Below, piece after piece: positions 17,562-26,416 of a DNA stretch of 36,548 bases. Under the pieces are notes generated by a model that saw only the letters and a program-made list of their open reading frames with translations, did no database searches and had not been told where the DNA came from. Made by a program: the position numbers and the translations under genes. Source of the stretch: an uncultured Gammaproteobacteria bacterium (lineage in GTDB: Bacteria; Patescibacteriota; Patescibacteriia; Patescibacteriales; CAYMCJ01); NCBI GenBank assembly GCA_964388985.1, contig CAYMCJ010000002.1:4838-41385 (forward strand), in the 5' to 3' direction. Positions within the stretch are counted from its first letter, which is position 1. Every line of letters starts with the position of its first letter.

Positions 17562-18277
17562 AGACAACCTCCGAATCTGTATTCTAAAAAAGAGCAAATT
17601 ATTCTTTTTATTTCATTATTTGTATTATTTTCAATCTTTAATTTGCTTATATTAGCAAATTCTCTATTTATTACAAATCTCATTACTTTAATACAATTTT
17701 CTGAAATTGTCAAGCTATTACCTGTTTTACAGCTATCGCAGACTATACCGCCCTTTAAAAAATCAAACTTATTTCTCTTTGGCTTAATCTTCCGCCTGCA
17801 TTCGGCGCAATAATATAATTCCGGGCTATAACCTAACAAAACCAATAATTTTAAAATAAAAAAATTATATAATAACTCATAATCAGCTGATAAATCCTTT
17901 TTATTAATTTCATCTAAAAATTCTTGCAATAAAATATATATATTCTCGTCCTTCTGCTCCGGCCTGACTAATTTATTAAAAATTCTTATTGCTTTGCCCG
18001 CAATTTGCAATTTATCCAAATCGCTTTTTATTATTCCATAGCAATTATTACTGACAGCGCCGCCAACATAATCATACTGTCTGCCTTTTACTACCATAAC
18101 ATCAGCCAAGCTAATCGGCTCTATATGTCCGGCTAATTTAGAGCCGATCTTCCTTGCTCCACGCGCAACTAACTCTAACTTTCCCCTGTCAACGCTATAT
18201 ATTATTGTCTTGCTGTCATTTTCCCGAAAAGGAAAACTATTTAACATTATCACTTTAGTGGAGTAGGTCTCTTCCAT
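17558..18277 (-). CDS. recO: DNA repair protein RecO
   Basis: N-terminal OB region (FPFRENDSKTIIYSVDRGKLELVARGARK) and a CxxC...CxxC zinc site (CAECRRK, CDSC). Confidence 0.85.
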   Translation of the reverse strand: MEETYSTKVIMLNSFPFRENDSKTIIYSVDRGKLELVARGARKIGSKLAGHIEPISLADVMVVKGRQYDYVGGAVSNNCYGIIKSDLDKLQIAGKAIRIFNKLVRPEQKDENIYILLQEFLDEINKKDLSADYELLYNFFILKLLVLLGYSPELYYCAECRRKIKPKRNKFDFLKGGIVCDSCKTGNSLTISENCIKVMRFVINREFANISKLKIENNTNNEIKRIICSFLEYRFGGCL

Positions 18278-18278
18278 A

Positions 18279-18683
18279 TTACTTTGTATTACTATCCAGA
18301 TAACTTTGCAATATTATCATGGCCGCTATAGCATCTTTTTGAGCTTTGGTTTTTTTATTCCCCGGCAAGGCCTCAGCCGCCAAACTTGATAATCTTTCAT
18401 CAACCGTTTTTATCGGAATACTAACTTTATTCTTTAACAACTCTGCAAATTTTAAAAATCTTTTATCCATGGCTAATTTCCTATCCCGCATTTTTCTTGG
18501 TTCGCCGACCACTATCACATCTATTTTATTATCACTAATAATTTTAATTATATCACCAAGACTACCAACCACCTTAAACGGCGTCGCAATTTTAGTCTGG
18601 CTATCCGCCAAAGACAATCCGATTCTTTTTTCACCCCAATCAATGCCTAAATATTTTTTATTTTTTTTAGCCTGATTAACCAT
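18279..18683 (-). CDS. ruvX: Holliday junction resolvase-like nuclease RuvX (YqgF)
   Basis: YLGIDWGEKRIGLSLAD N-terminus; 134 aa. Confidence 0.9.
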   Translation of the reverse strand: MVNQAKKNKKYLGIDWGEKRIGLSLADSQTKIATPFKVVGSLGDIIKIISDNKIDVIVVGEPRKMRDRKLAMDKRFLKFAELLKNKVSIPIKTVDERLSSLAAEALPGNKKTKAQKDAIAAMIILQSYLDSNTK

Positions 18684-18684
18684 T

Positions 18685-19476
18685 TTATAACTCTGTTAAA
18701 ATAATATAACCTTCTTTGGTTACAGCTACCGTATGCTCAAATTGAGCGCTTAGACTCCCATCTTTTGTAACATAAGTATAGCCGTCTGAAGATAATTTAA
18801 TTTTCCAGTCTCCCATATTAATCATCGGCTCAATCGCTATAACCATTCCCGGCTTTAAAGTAATAATTTTCATACTATTATCAAGCACTTCAAAATGAGG
18901 TACCTGGGGCTCTTCGTGAGTATCATATCCGACCCCATGGCCAACCATTTCTCTTACTACGGAAAAACCCTTTGCCTCCGCATAATTTTGTATTGCCCGG
19001 CCGATATCATTTAAATCATTCCCCGCCCTTACCTGTTCTATACCTAATCTTAGACATTTTTTTGTAACATCCACCAATCTTTGCACTTCATTATCTATTT
19101 CCCCCACCGGAACCGTAGCGGCCATATCGGTATAATATCCGGCTTTGCCCTTGCCATAAGGATATTCCATACCAATGTCAATTTTTACAATATCACCGGC
19201 TCTAAGCTCTCTTGACGGCAAGGCCGGAGCATGAACAACTTCATTGTTTATTGAAGCGCAAATCGCTGTAGGAAATCTCTTGTTACCGGGAATTAATAAA
19301 TTTTTAAAAGCCGGCCGACCGCCGATTTTTTCTATTAATTCACAAGCTGATTCTTCCAATTGGCCGGTTTTTATTCCAGGCGCAACTTCGGCTGACAACT
19401 TTCTTAAAATTTCCGCCAACTTTTTTCCTCCCTCCCTTATTATTTCTATTTCTTCTTTTGTTTTTATTGATATCAT
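18685..19476 (-). CDS. map: Methionine aminopeptidase, type I
   Basis: Metal-ligand contexts DIVKIDIG, YYTDMA, VGHGVG, AIEPM and QFEHT; 263 aa. Confidence 0.95.
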   Translation of the reverse strand: MISIKTKEEIEIIREGGKKLAEILRKLSAEVAPGIKTGQLEESACELIEKIGGRPAFKNLLIPGNKRFPTAICASINNEVVHAPALPSRELRAGDIVKIDIGMEYPYGKGKAGYYTDMAATVPVGEIDNEVQRLVDVTKKCLRLGIEQVRAGNDLNDIGRAIQNYAEAKGFSVVREMVGHGVGYDTHEEPQVPHFEVLDNSMKIITLKPGMVIAIEPMINMGDWKIKLSSDGYTYVTKDGSLSAQFEHTVAVTKEGYIILTEL

Positions 19477-19498
19477 AAAATATCCCTTAAATTAATAA

Positions 19499-20482
19499 TT
19501 AACCTCTGCCAATAAGAAAAACCAAATAAAGAGCATACAGCCCCAGCATAACAATTCCCTCCCATCTCCCCAGTATATTTTTTCTGCCAATATAAATTAA
19601 AAATAACAATAATATTGTAACTGCTATCAATATTAATATATCAACATTTAATGCCGGGCTGTACTTTATCGGACTAATTACTGAGCTCAAACCTAAAATC
19701 CATAAAAAATTAAAAATATTTGACCCAACTATATTTCCAACCGCCATATCCGCTTGGCCCCTTTTGGCAGCCATTGCCGAAGCCGCCAACTCAGGCAATG
19801 ATGTGCCAATAGCAACGATTGTTAATCCAACCAAAGCCTCGCTAAGCCCAAAAAATTGCGCCAGGCTTATTGCTCCGTCAACTATCCATTTTCCCCCTAA
19901 ACTAAGGCCGGCTAAACCAATAATTATCATCAATATTGACATTGTATTACTGTATTCTTTCGGGTCTGCCTGCTTTATTTCTCCGATTGTTTTTTGAAAA
20001 ATATTTTCCCTTTCCTTTGTAATTCCAAAAGTATAATAAATAAAAATAATAAAAAATAATATTAAAATAAGACCGTCAACTCTGGTTAATCCGTCTGGGA
20101 CCGTTCTGTCAATTAAAAAATCATTGGCTAAAATTCCAACCGCTAAAACGGCCAACAAAGAAAAAGGAATTTCCTTATTTACGGTTGCTTTCTTAATTGC
20201 TAACGGTGAAATAACCGCGACCACACCCAAAATCAACAACGTATTGGATATATTTGAACCAATAATATTTCCCAAGGCAATATCAGCGCTTTCTTTAAAG
20301 CTGGCTAAAACACTAATTATCAATTCCGGAATAGATGTTCCAAAAGCAACAATTGTCAAGCCGATAAAAAAACTTGAGACACCCAGCTTTTTCGCAATTG
20401 ATGAAGAGCCGTCAATTACTATGTCGGCTCCCTTAATTAAAAAAATAAAGCCCAATATAAATAAAGCAACAGTTAATAACAT
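19499..20482 (-). CDS. Ca2+/Na+ antiporter (CaCA family, YrbG-like)
   Basis: Two alpha-repeat motifs (GNIIGSNISNTLLILG and GNIVGSNIFNFLWILG) in a protein with about 10 TM helices. Confidence 0.85.
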   Translation of the reverse strand: MLLTVALFILGFIFLIKGADIVIDGSSSIAKKLGVSSFFIGLTIVAFGTSIPELIISVLASFKESADIALGNIIGSNISNTLLILGVVAVISPLAIKKATVNKEIPFSLLAVLAVGILANDFLIDRTVPDGLTRVDGLILILFFIIFIYYTFGITKERENIFQKTIGEIKQADPKEYSNTMSILMIIIGLAGLSLGGKWIVDGAISLAQFFGLSEALVGLTIVAIGTSLPELAASAMAAKRGQADMAVGNIVGSNIFNFLWILGLSSVISPIKYSPALNVDILILIAVTILLLFLIYIGRKNILGRWEGIVMLGLYALYLVFLIGRG

Positions 20483-20516
20483 AAACTTTTTTATAAACTA
20501 ATTCTAGCAACTAAAA

Positions 20517-21221
20517 TCAAAGCCCCAGCGGCCTGCTATTCTTCCCATTTGAAGATTTTAAGGATTGGCCCACGGAAACATTGCTGGATTCCCGCTGGTT
20601 ACCAGCAAAACCGGTTGGCTTTCTTTTTATTCCAAATCTGTCGGCCGATTCATTATTCAAATTATCCGAATCTCTTTCCTGCCTGGAAAACCTCCCCGTT
20701 TGATCAAATCTGTTTCCGGCTGTTATAAATCTTTTTCTTCTTATTTTATCAGAGGGTCTATCCAAGGCTCTTCTATAATAAGGAACTGCCCTTTTTCTTC
20801 CCCTTCCACTATTGTTGTAGATAGACAATGTATCTTCTTCTCCCTGCTTCGGCTGAATCGCTTTTAAAAACTTTTTCTTTACTTCATACCTATATTCTTT
20901 CGAAGTAATATCAGATATTTTGCTGGCGGACAATTTCTTCTCTTCCATTTGTTTCTGTTGGACCGCTTCTAAAAATTTTTTCTTCGTTTTATACCCATGT
21001 TCTTTTAAAATAATCTCCGATATTTCATTGACAGATTTTCTGTCTGTTCCTAATTTTAAAAAATAATCTCTTAATTTTTCTCTATCGGACAAATCCATCT
21101 TCTTCAATATTTCAGTGCCACTACTTCTGCCAATCTTCCTAAATTTATCAATTTTAAAATCTCCGCCTTTTTTATCTTTTAAAACATCCAACCATTTCCC
21201 CAAACTAAATTTCAAAGTCAT
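20517..21221 (-). CDS. Basic hypothetical protein with an internal ~31-aa tandem repeat
   Basis: ISEIILKEHGYKTKKKFLEAVQQKQMEEKKLS is followed by ISDITSKEYRYEVKKKFLKAIQPKQGEEDTLS. The C-terminus is Arg/Ser/Gly-rich and looks disordered. Confidence 0.5.
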   Translation of the reverse strand: MTLKFSLGKWLDVLKDKKGGDFKIDKFRKIGRSSGTEILKKMDLSDREKLRDYFLKLGTDRKSVNEISEIILKEHGYKTKKKFLEAVQQKQMEEKKLSASKISDITSKEYRYEVKKKFLKAIQPKQGEEDTLSIYNNSGRGRKRAVPYYRRALDRPSDKIRRKRFITAGNRFDQTGRFSRQERDSDNLNNESADRFGIKRKPTGFAGNQRESSNVSVGQSLKSSNGKNSRPLGL

Positions 21222-21315
21222 ATTTATATTTTAAAATTTAATAATTTAACTATGTCTACCGCAGAAACAAAATTATGCTTTGATGGAATAACTTGATTTG
21301 TCTGCGCTTAATTTA

Positions 21316-21324
21316 ATTATACCA
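21316..21324 (-). promoter_or_regulatory. Extended -10-like element (TGGTATAAT) upstream of the 20517-21221 gene
   Basis: Minus strand reads GTGTGGTATAATT directly after the putative terminator. There is no good -35, and TATAAT-like strings are frequent in AT-rich DNA. Confidence 0.25.
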
Positions 21325-21329
21325 CACCC

Positions 21330-21360
21330 AATAAAAAACAAAAAACCCCGAATTTCGGAG
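21330..21360 (-). terminator. Possible intrinsic terminator about 105 nt downstream of secY
   Basis: Minus strand reads CTCCG-AAATT-CGGGG followed by TTTTTTGTTTTTTATT. The stem is only 5 bp, with one G-U pair. Confidence 0.35.
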
Positions 21361-21464
21361 TTTATATATCAAAAATTTGTTCACAATTATAATTCTCCCG
21401 TGCAATCCCATCCCACTTTAGCGGGACGGAATATTAGGGCTTTTTTGCGTTAGCAAAAAATAAC

Positions 21465-22739
21465 CTACATTCCTTCATACTCGCGCATAGTAAGCTGCGA
21501 TTCAACCTGTTTTACTGTTTCAATTACAACCGAAACCACAATAAGCAAACTGGTGCCTCCGATAGCCAACGACTGCATACCCGTAAAATATCTCATAATC
21601 AAAGGCAATAGGGCGATTGTCGCCAAAAATAAAGCGCCAACAAATATAATTTTATGGGTGGTATTGGCTAAATACTCGCTGGTATGCCTACCCGGCCTAA
21701 TTCCGGGAATAAATCCGCCCTGTTTCTGCAAATTTTCCGCGATTTGCGTAGGATGAAAAATAACTTCGGTATAAAAATAAGTGAAGCCAAAAACCAAAAG
21801 AAAATACAATATTCCATAAAATAATTGATTTTGAAACATGGAAATAGTCCATTCGGCAAAACTGGCGATCCATGATGTTTTGGCGTGAATAAAAAACTGG
21901 GCTATCATTGACGGGAACAAAACAACGGAAATGGCAAAAATAATCGGAATAACTCCGGCCATATTAACCCTCAAAGGCAAATGAGTGTTGGTTCCGCCGT
22001 ACATTCTATTGCCTCTTACCTGCCTGGCGTACTGAACCGGTATATTGCGGGTTCCTTCGTTAATAATAACAACCCCGACAATAGTAATTAAAGCAATAAC
22101 AATAAATCCAATTATTACAAATAATTTTGAAGGGTCAAAAGTCACCACGGTTTGTTGCACTACCTGCGGCAAGCCGGCGATAATGCCGGCAAAAATCAAC
22201 AAAGAAATTCCATTCCCGATTTTTTTTTCGCTAATAAGCTCTCCTATCCACATTAAAAAAATGGTACCGGCGGTAATTGTCACTATCATAGTGAATAATT
22301 CAAAACTGCCAATTTCACCTAAAATATCAAAAGAAGAACGTCTAAGCAGAGTAATCATGGCGTAAGACTGCATAGCGGCTAAAGGAACGGTCAGCCAACG
22401 GGTCCACATATTGATTTTCTGCCGACCGGCCTCTTCTTTCTGCATTTCTTCCAATTTGGGAATAATCATGGCTAAAAGCTGAAAAATAATTGAAGAGGTA
22501 ATATAAGGGGCTATTCCCATCATAACAATTGAAAAATTCTGCATACCGCCGCCGGAAAACATGTTTAAAAGTCCTAAAATCTGATTGGAGCCAAAAAAAT
22601 CGCGCAAAGCCTCAATGTTAACGCCCGGAATGGGAATATGAGCGGCAAACCTGAATATTACCAGCATCAGTAAAACAAACCCAATGTTCTTGCGCAAATC
22701 TTTAGCTTTCCAAATTTGTAAAAATTTATCTGCCAACAT
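21465..22739 (-). CDS. secY: Preprotein translocase subunit SecY
   Basis: 424 aa and 10 TM helices. N-terminal LRKNIGFVLLMLVIFRFAAHIPIPGVN and GGMQNFSIVMMGIAPYITSSII. Confidence 0.95.
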   Translation of the reverse strand: MLADKFLQIWKAKDLRKNIGFVLLMLVIFRFAAHIPIPGVNIEALRDFFGSNQILGLLNMFSGGGMQNFSIVMMGIAPYITSSIIFQLLAMIIPKLEEMQKEEAGRQKINMWTRWLTVPLAAMQSYAMITLLRRSSFDILGEIGSFELFTMIVTITAGTIFLMWIGELISEKKIGNGISLLIFAGIIAGLPQVVQQTVVTFDPSKLFVIIGFIVIALITIVGVVIINEGTRNIPVQYARQVRGNRMYGGTNTHLPLRVNMAGVIPIIFAISVVLFPSMIAQFFIHAKTSWIASFAEWTISMFQNQLFYGILYFLLVFGFTYFYTEVIFHPTQIAENLQKQGGFIPGIRPGRHTSEYLANTTHKIIFVGALFLATIALLPLIMRYFTGMQSLAIGGTSLLIVVSVVIETVKQVESQLTMREYEGM

Positions 22740-22761
22740 TTAAAATTATTATTTAATTATT

Positions 22762-22821
22762 TTACTTCTTACTTCTTACTTCCTCGCCCGCCCAACACAT
22801 AGCGTGTGGGAGGGTTACTTC
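22762..22821. repeat. TTACTTC heptamer array (3 copies plus 1) interrupted by a 32-nt GC-rich hairpin (22783-22814)
   Basis: TTACTTC occurs at 22762, 22769 and 22776, and again at 22815 (overlapping the rplO stop). The intervening CTCGCCCGCCCAACACATAGCGTGTGGGAGGG contains the stem CCCA(A)CAC/GTGTGGG. Confidence 0.8.
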
Positions 22822-23249
22822 TTGTCCCTACCTTCAATCTGCTTTTTCACACTTTCACTCATTTTCACATCTTTAAATTTTAATCCCTTTAATTTTAATT
22901 CTTTATTTCCTAAAATCTTAACCGGTAATTTTATTTTACCAATTAATCCTTTTTTCAGCAATATCCTCGGATTAACTTCGCTGTTATCTTTAAAATTGCT
23001 GTTTATATCACTGGTACTCACAACCTGATTCTTCGGCTTATCCGACTTAAAACCTCTTTTTTTAGGAATTTGCCTAAGCATTTGTTTCATACCCACTCGT
23101 TTCAATCCGCTTACGCCTGAACGGGATTTTTGGCCTTTTTGCCCCCGGCCGCTATATGTTCCATGCCCGGAAGCGTTTCCTCTGCCTATGCGTTTTCTTT
23201 TCCTTGTTGCTCCCCGGCTTGGTTTAATTGTGTGTAATTTTAATGACAT
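22815..23249 (-). CDS. rplO: Ribosomal protein uL15
   Basis: LKPSRGATRKRKRIGRGNASGHGTYSGRGQKGQKSRSG. Confidence 0.95.
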   Translation of the reverse strand: MSLKLHTIKPSRGATRKRKRIGRGNASGHGTYSGRGQKGQKSRSGVSGLKRVGMKQMLRQIPKKRGFKSDKPKNQVVSTSDINSNFKDNSEVNPRILLKKGLIGKIKLPVKILGNKELKLKGLKFKDVKMSESVKKQIEGRDKK

Positions 23250-23272
23250 ATATTTAAAAATATCTTTATTCC

Positions 23273-23977
23273 TTATTTCTTATCGTTTTTAACTTCTGAC
23301 TTATTCTGATTATTTGATTTATCGTTTTTAATTTCAACTTTCTTTAATTTTTCCAACGCCCCAATGGTGCATTTGGCATTATTTACTTTATTGTTTGTTC
23401 CTAAAATTTTACTGGTAATATTTTTAACACCAGCCAATTCTAAAATAACTCTAACCACGCCTCCGGCAATAACTCCTCGGCCTTTTTGGGCCGGTTTAAA
23501 TATAATTTTTGCCGCCCCAAATTTATGATAAATTTCGTGCGGTATGGTATCATTCACAATCGGAACATTAATAACATTTTTTTTCGCCTTATTAACCGCT
23601 TTGGTTACCGCCATGGTAACATCAGCGCCCTTGCATAAACCGATGCTAATTCTGCCTTTTTTATCTCCAATGGCAACACAGGCCCTAAAACTCATTCTTT
23701 TTCCGCCCGCCATAACTCTGGTAACCCTGGCTATATCCAATATTCTTTGCTCAAATTCTTCCTTTTTTTCATATCCTCTTTTTTTAAATATCTTTTTCGC
23801 CCGCCGCCTCTCTCCATAAATGCTTTTAGCAACCACTTTGGCTACATCAATATTGCCACTAACGTCGCTTTTCGTTTTGGAAACATCGGGAGCAAATGAT
23901 TTCTTGGATGTTTCTCCCGTCTGTTTGGCCGATTGACTATTACCGCTATCTTTTGTATTATTTTTTTCTTCAATCAT
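23273..23977 (-). CDS. rpsE: Ribosomal protein uS5 with N- and C-terminal extensions
   Basis: Core RVTRVMAGGKRMSFRACVAIGD and GRGVIAGGVVR. About 60 aa of Lys/Ser-rich N-terminal extension. Confidence 0.93.
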   Translation of the reverse strand: MIEEKNNTKDSGNSQSAKQTGETSKKSFAPDVSKTKSDVSGNIDVAKVVAKSIYGERRRAKKIFKKRGYEKKEEFEQRILDIARVTRVMAGGKRMSFRACVAIGDKKGRISIGLCKGADVTMAVTKAVNKAKKNVINVPIVNDTIPHEIYHKFGAAKIIFKPAQKGRGVIAGGVVRVILELAGVKNITSKILGTNNKVNNAKCTIGALEKLKKVEIKNDKSNNQNKSEVKNDKK

Positions 23978-23994
23978 ATATTAACAATTTAATA

Positions 23995-24354
23995 TTAAAA
24001 ATTTAACCCAGCTTCTCTGGCTCCGTCCGCTGCCGCCTTTACCCTCCCGTGATATTTATAACCGCCTCTGTCAAAAATAACGGTTTTTATATTCTTCTTA
24101 ATCGCTTTGGCCGCCAAAATCTTTCCCAATTCAAAACTGTCGAAAACTTTATTGCCTGCCTTGCTTTTGGGGGGTAATTCCTTATAGCTCGCGCTAATTA
24201 AAGTTTTCCCCGACTCATCATCAATCAACTGCAAATACATTCCCCGGTTAGATTTGGATACGCTTAATCTGGGGATATCGGCCGTACCCTTAATTTTTGA
24301 CCGCACTTTCCGGCAGCGCCTTAAATAATTAATTTTTTTACTTTTGTTATCCAT
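23995..24354 (-). CDS. rplR: Ribosomal protein uL18
   Basis: RLSVSKSNRGMYLQLIDD and FDRGGYKYHGRVKAAADGAREAGLNF. Confidence 0.95.
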   Translation of the reverse strand: MDNKSKKINYLRRCRKVRSKIKGTADIPRLSVSKSNRGMYLQLIDDESGKTLISASYKELPPKSKAGNKVFDSFELGKILAAKAIKKNIKTVIFDRGGYKYHGRVKAAADGAREAGLNF

Positions 24355-24379
24355 AGTTGCTTAAACTAAAAACGCTTTG

Positions 24380-24925
24380 TTACTCTCCCTTCGCCGCCGC
24401 TTTCCCGACCTTTCGCCTAATTACTTCATCAATATATTTTATTCCCTTGCCTTTATATGGCTCCGGCTGCCTAATCTTTCTAATCTGAGCGGCAACTTCT
24501 CCAACGCACTGCTTATTTATTCCGCTCACGGTAAGAACATTACCCTCCACATTAACGGCTATATTTTCCGGCAAATTATATTCTACCGGATGAGAATAAC
24601 CAACATTTAATATTAATTTTTTTTCGCTTATTGACGCCCTATAACCAACTCCATTTATTTCAAGCTTTTTTTCAAATCCCTCATTAACACCTATCACCAT
24701 ATTATTAATTAAACTGCGATAAAGTCCCCAAAAAGATTTCTCTTTCTTGTCCTCAATATTTTTAATACTGACTAAAATTTTATTATCATTAATATCAACT
24801 TTAACCAAACTATGAATCTTTTCTTTTAATTCCCCCTTCGGACCATTAACAATAATAAAATCTTTCTCAATTTTTGCTTGAGTTCCTATTGGCAATTCAA
24901 TTGGTAATTTTCCTAATCTTGACAT
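24380..24925 (-). CDS. rplF: Ribosomal protein uL6
   Basis: MSRLGKLPIELP N-terminus; 181 aa, two-domain length. Confidence 0.95.
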   Translation of the reverse strand: MSRLGKLPIELPIGTQAKIEKDFIIVNGPKGELKEKIHSLVKVDINDNKILVSIKNIEDKKEKSFWGLYRSLINNMVIGVNEGFEKKLEINGVGYRASISEKKLILNVGYSHPVEYNLPENIAVNVEGNVLTVSGINKQCVGEVAAQIRKIRQPEPYKGKGIKYIDEVIRRKVGKAAAKGE

Positions 24926-25055
24926 ATAATTAAATAAATAATAATTTTACATTTAATATTTGCGACATTCGCATTCATACGAATCACCTTAAATCCGTAC
25001 AAAATATTTGCATTAATGGTTTGATGTCATTTTAAAACGCACAGATTATATTGAA

Positions 25056-25487
25056 TTAATAAACTTCACATATAACTTCACCGCCAACACCCCTTTTTTC
25101 CGCTTCCTTATTTGTCATTAGACCGCTTGAAGTAGAAATTATTGCTATTCCAAAATTATTTAAGACTGTTGGCAATTCTTTTTTATTCACATATATTTTT
25201 AAACCGGACTTGCTTATACGTTTTAATGACGATATTACCGGCTTTCCGCTCTTTTTATATTTTAATACAATCTTTAGTTTATCAAAAGAATTGGCCTTAT
25301 TTTTTTTATTATCTTTAAGCGCGGAAATATTACTTTTTACTATTATTGCTTTTTGTATCCAACCTTCTCGCTCTAAAATCTTGGCAATTTCGTATTTTAT
25401 TTTGCTCATAGGCAAAACTATCTCTGTATTTTTTATAAGAGACGCGTTCCTTATGCGTGTTAACATATCAGCGATTGGATCTATCAT
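25056..25487 (-). CDS. rpsH: Ribosomal protein uS8
   Basis: DPIADMLTRIRNA at the N-terminus and GGEVICEVY at the C-terminus. Confidence 0.95.
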   Translation of the reverse strand: MIDPIADMLTRIRNASLIKNTEIVLPMSKIKYEIAKILEREGWIQKAIIVKSNISALKDNKKNKANSFDKLKIVLKYKKSGKPVISSLKRISKSGLKIYVNKKELPTVLNNFGIAIISTSSGLMTNKEAEKRGVGGEVICEVY

Positions 25488-25542
25488 ATTATTTTAATTT
25501 AATTGACAACTAATTATTAATTTTAATTGTTGGTTAAACATA

Positions 25543-25728
25543 CTACCAGCTTGATTTTTTAATTCCGGGCAAATCGCCATTATCCGCCAACTCTCTAAAA
25601 CAAATACGACATAAATTAAAATCACGCATAAATCCTCGGTTACGACCACAGCGCCAACAACGCCTTATTGTACGGGTTGAAAATTTTGGTTTTCTTTTAG
25701 CTTTTGCGATTAATGCTTTTCTTGCCAT
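25543..25728 (-). CDS. rpsN: Ribosomal protein uS14, short zinc-binding (type Z) form
   Basis: 61 aa with CWRCGR and CRICFRE (Cys4). Confidence 0.95.
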   Translation of the reverse strand: MARKALIAKAKRKPKFSTRTIRRCWRCGRNRGFMRDFNLCRICFRELADNGDLPGIKKSSW

Positions 25729-25758
25729 ATATTTTAATCCTAATTAATCCGAATTATT

Positions 25759-25817
25759 ATCCGAATGCTCCGAATTATTGAACTAATCCTGATTGTATTC
25801 ATTCGGAGCATTCGGAT
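25759..25817 (-). repeat. Perfect 17-bp stem hairpin in the rplE-rpsN spacer
   Basis: ATCCGAATGCTCCGAAT (25759-25775) is the exact reverse complement of ATTCGGAGCATTCGGAT (25801-25817). The loop is 25 nt and no T-run follows on the sense strand. Confidence 0.9.
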
Positions 25818-25834
25818 TAATCCGTAAATTCGGA

Positions 25835-26374
25835 TTATACTTTTTTAAACGGAAAACCTGTTAACTTAAATAATTCCAATCCTTCTTCTCTTGTTTTGGC
25901 GGTGTTAGCTATACATATCTCCAATCCATGGATATTTTCAACATCATCTACCTTTATTTCCGGAAAAGCCAGGTGCTCACGAAAGCCAACTGTTAAGGCG
26001 CCCGTCTTATCAACCGACTTTTGGCTAATCCCTCTGAAATCCCTGACTCTAGGAAATGATACATTAATTAATTTTTCCAAAAAATCATACATCCGACCAC
26101 CCCTAATAGTAACCTTGGCTCCGATTAAATTACCTTCCCTTATTTTAAAAGATGAAACTGATTTCTTGGCCTTGGTCAAAACAGGCTTCTGCCCGGTTAT
26201 TTTCATTAAATTCTTTTCTATATTTTCTATGTAAGCCTTTTCTTTGGTATGCCGACCAAAGCCGACATTAACCACTACCTTTTTAAATTTTGGCACTGCT
26301 AAATTATTTTTATAACCGAATTTCTCTTTCATTTTCGGCAATACTTCTTTTTTATATAATTCTTTTAATTTCAT
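25835..26374 (-). CDS. rplE: Ribosomal protein uL5
   Basis: ORF trimmed from the TTG at 26407 to the ATG at 26374. MKLKELYKKEVLPKMKEKFGYKN matches the canonical uL5 N-terminus. Confidence 0.93.
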   Translation of the reverse strand: MKLKELYKKEVLPKMKEKFGYKNNLAVPKFKKVVVNVGFGRHTKEKAYIENIEKNLMKITGQKPVLTKAKKSVSSFKIREGNLIGAKVTIRGGRMYDFLEKLINVSFPRVRDFRGISQKSVDKTGALTVGFREHLAFPEIKVDDVENIHGLEICIANTAKTREEGLELFKLTGFPFKKV

Positions 26375-26416
26375 AAATTCGCATATGCCCGCCGCCGAGG
26401 TGGACAATAACGTAAA

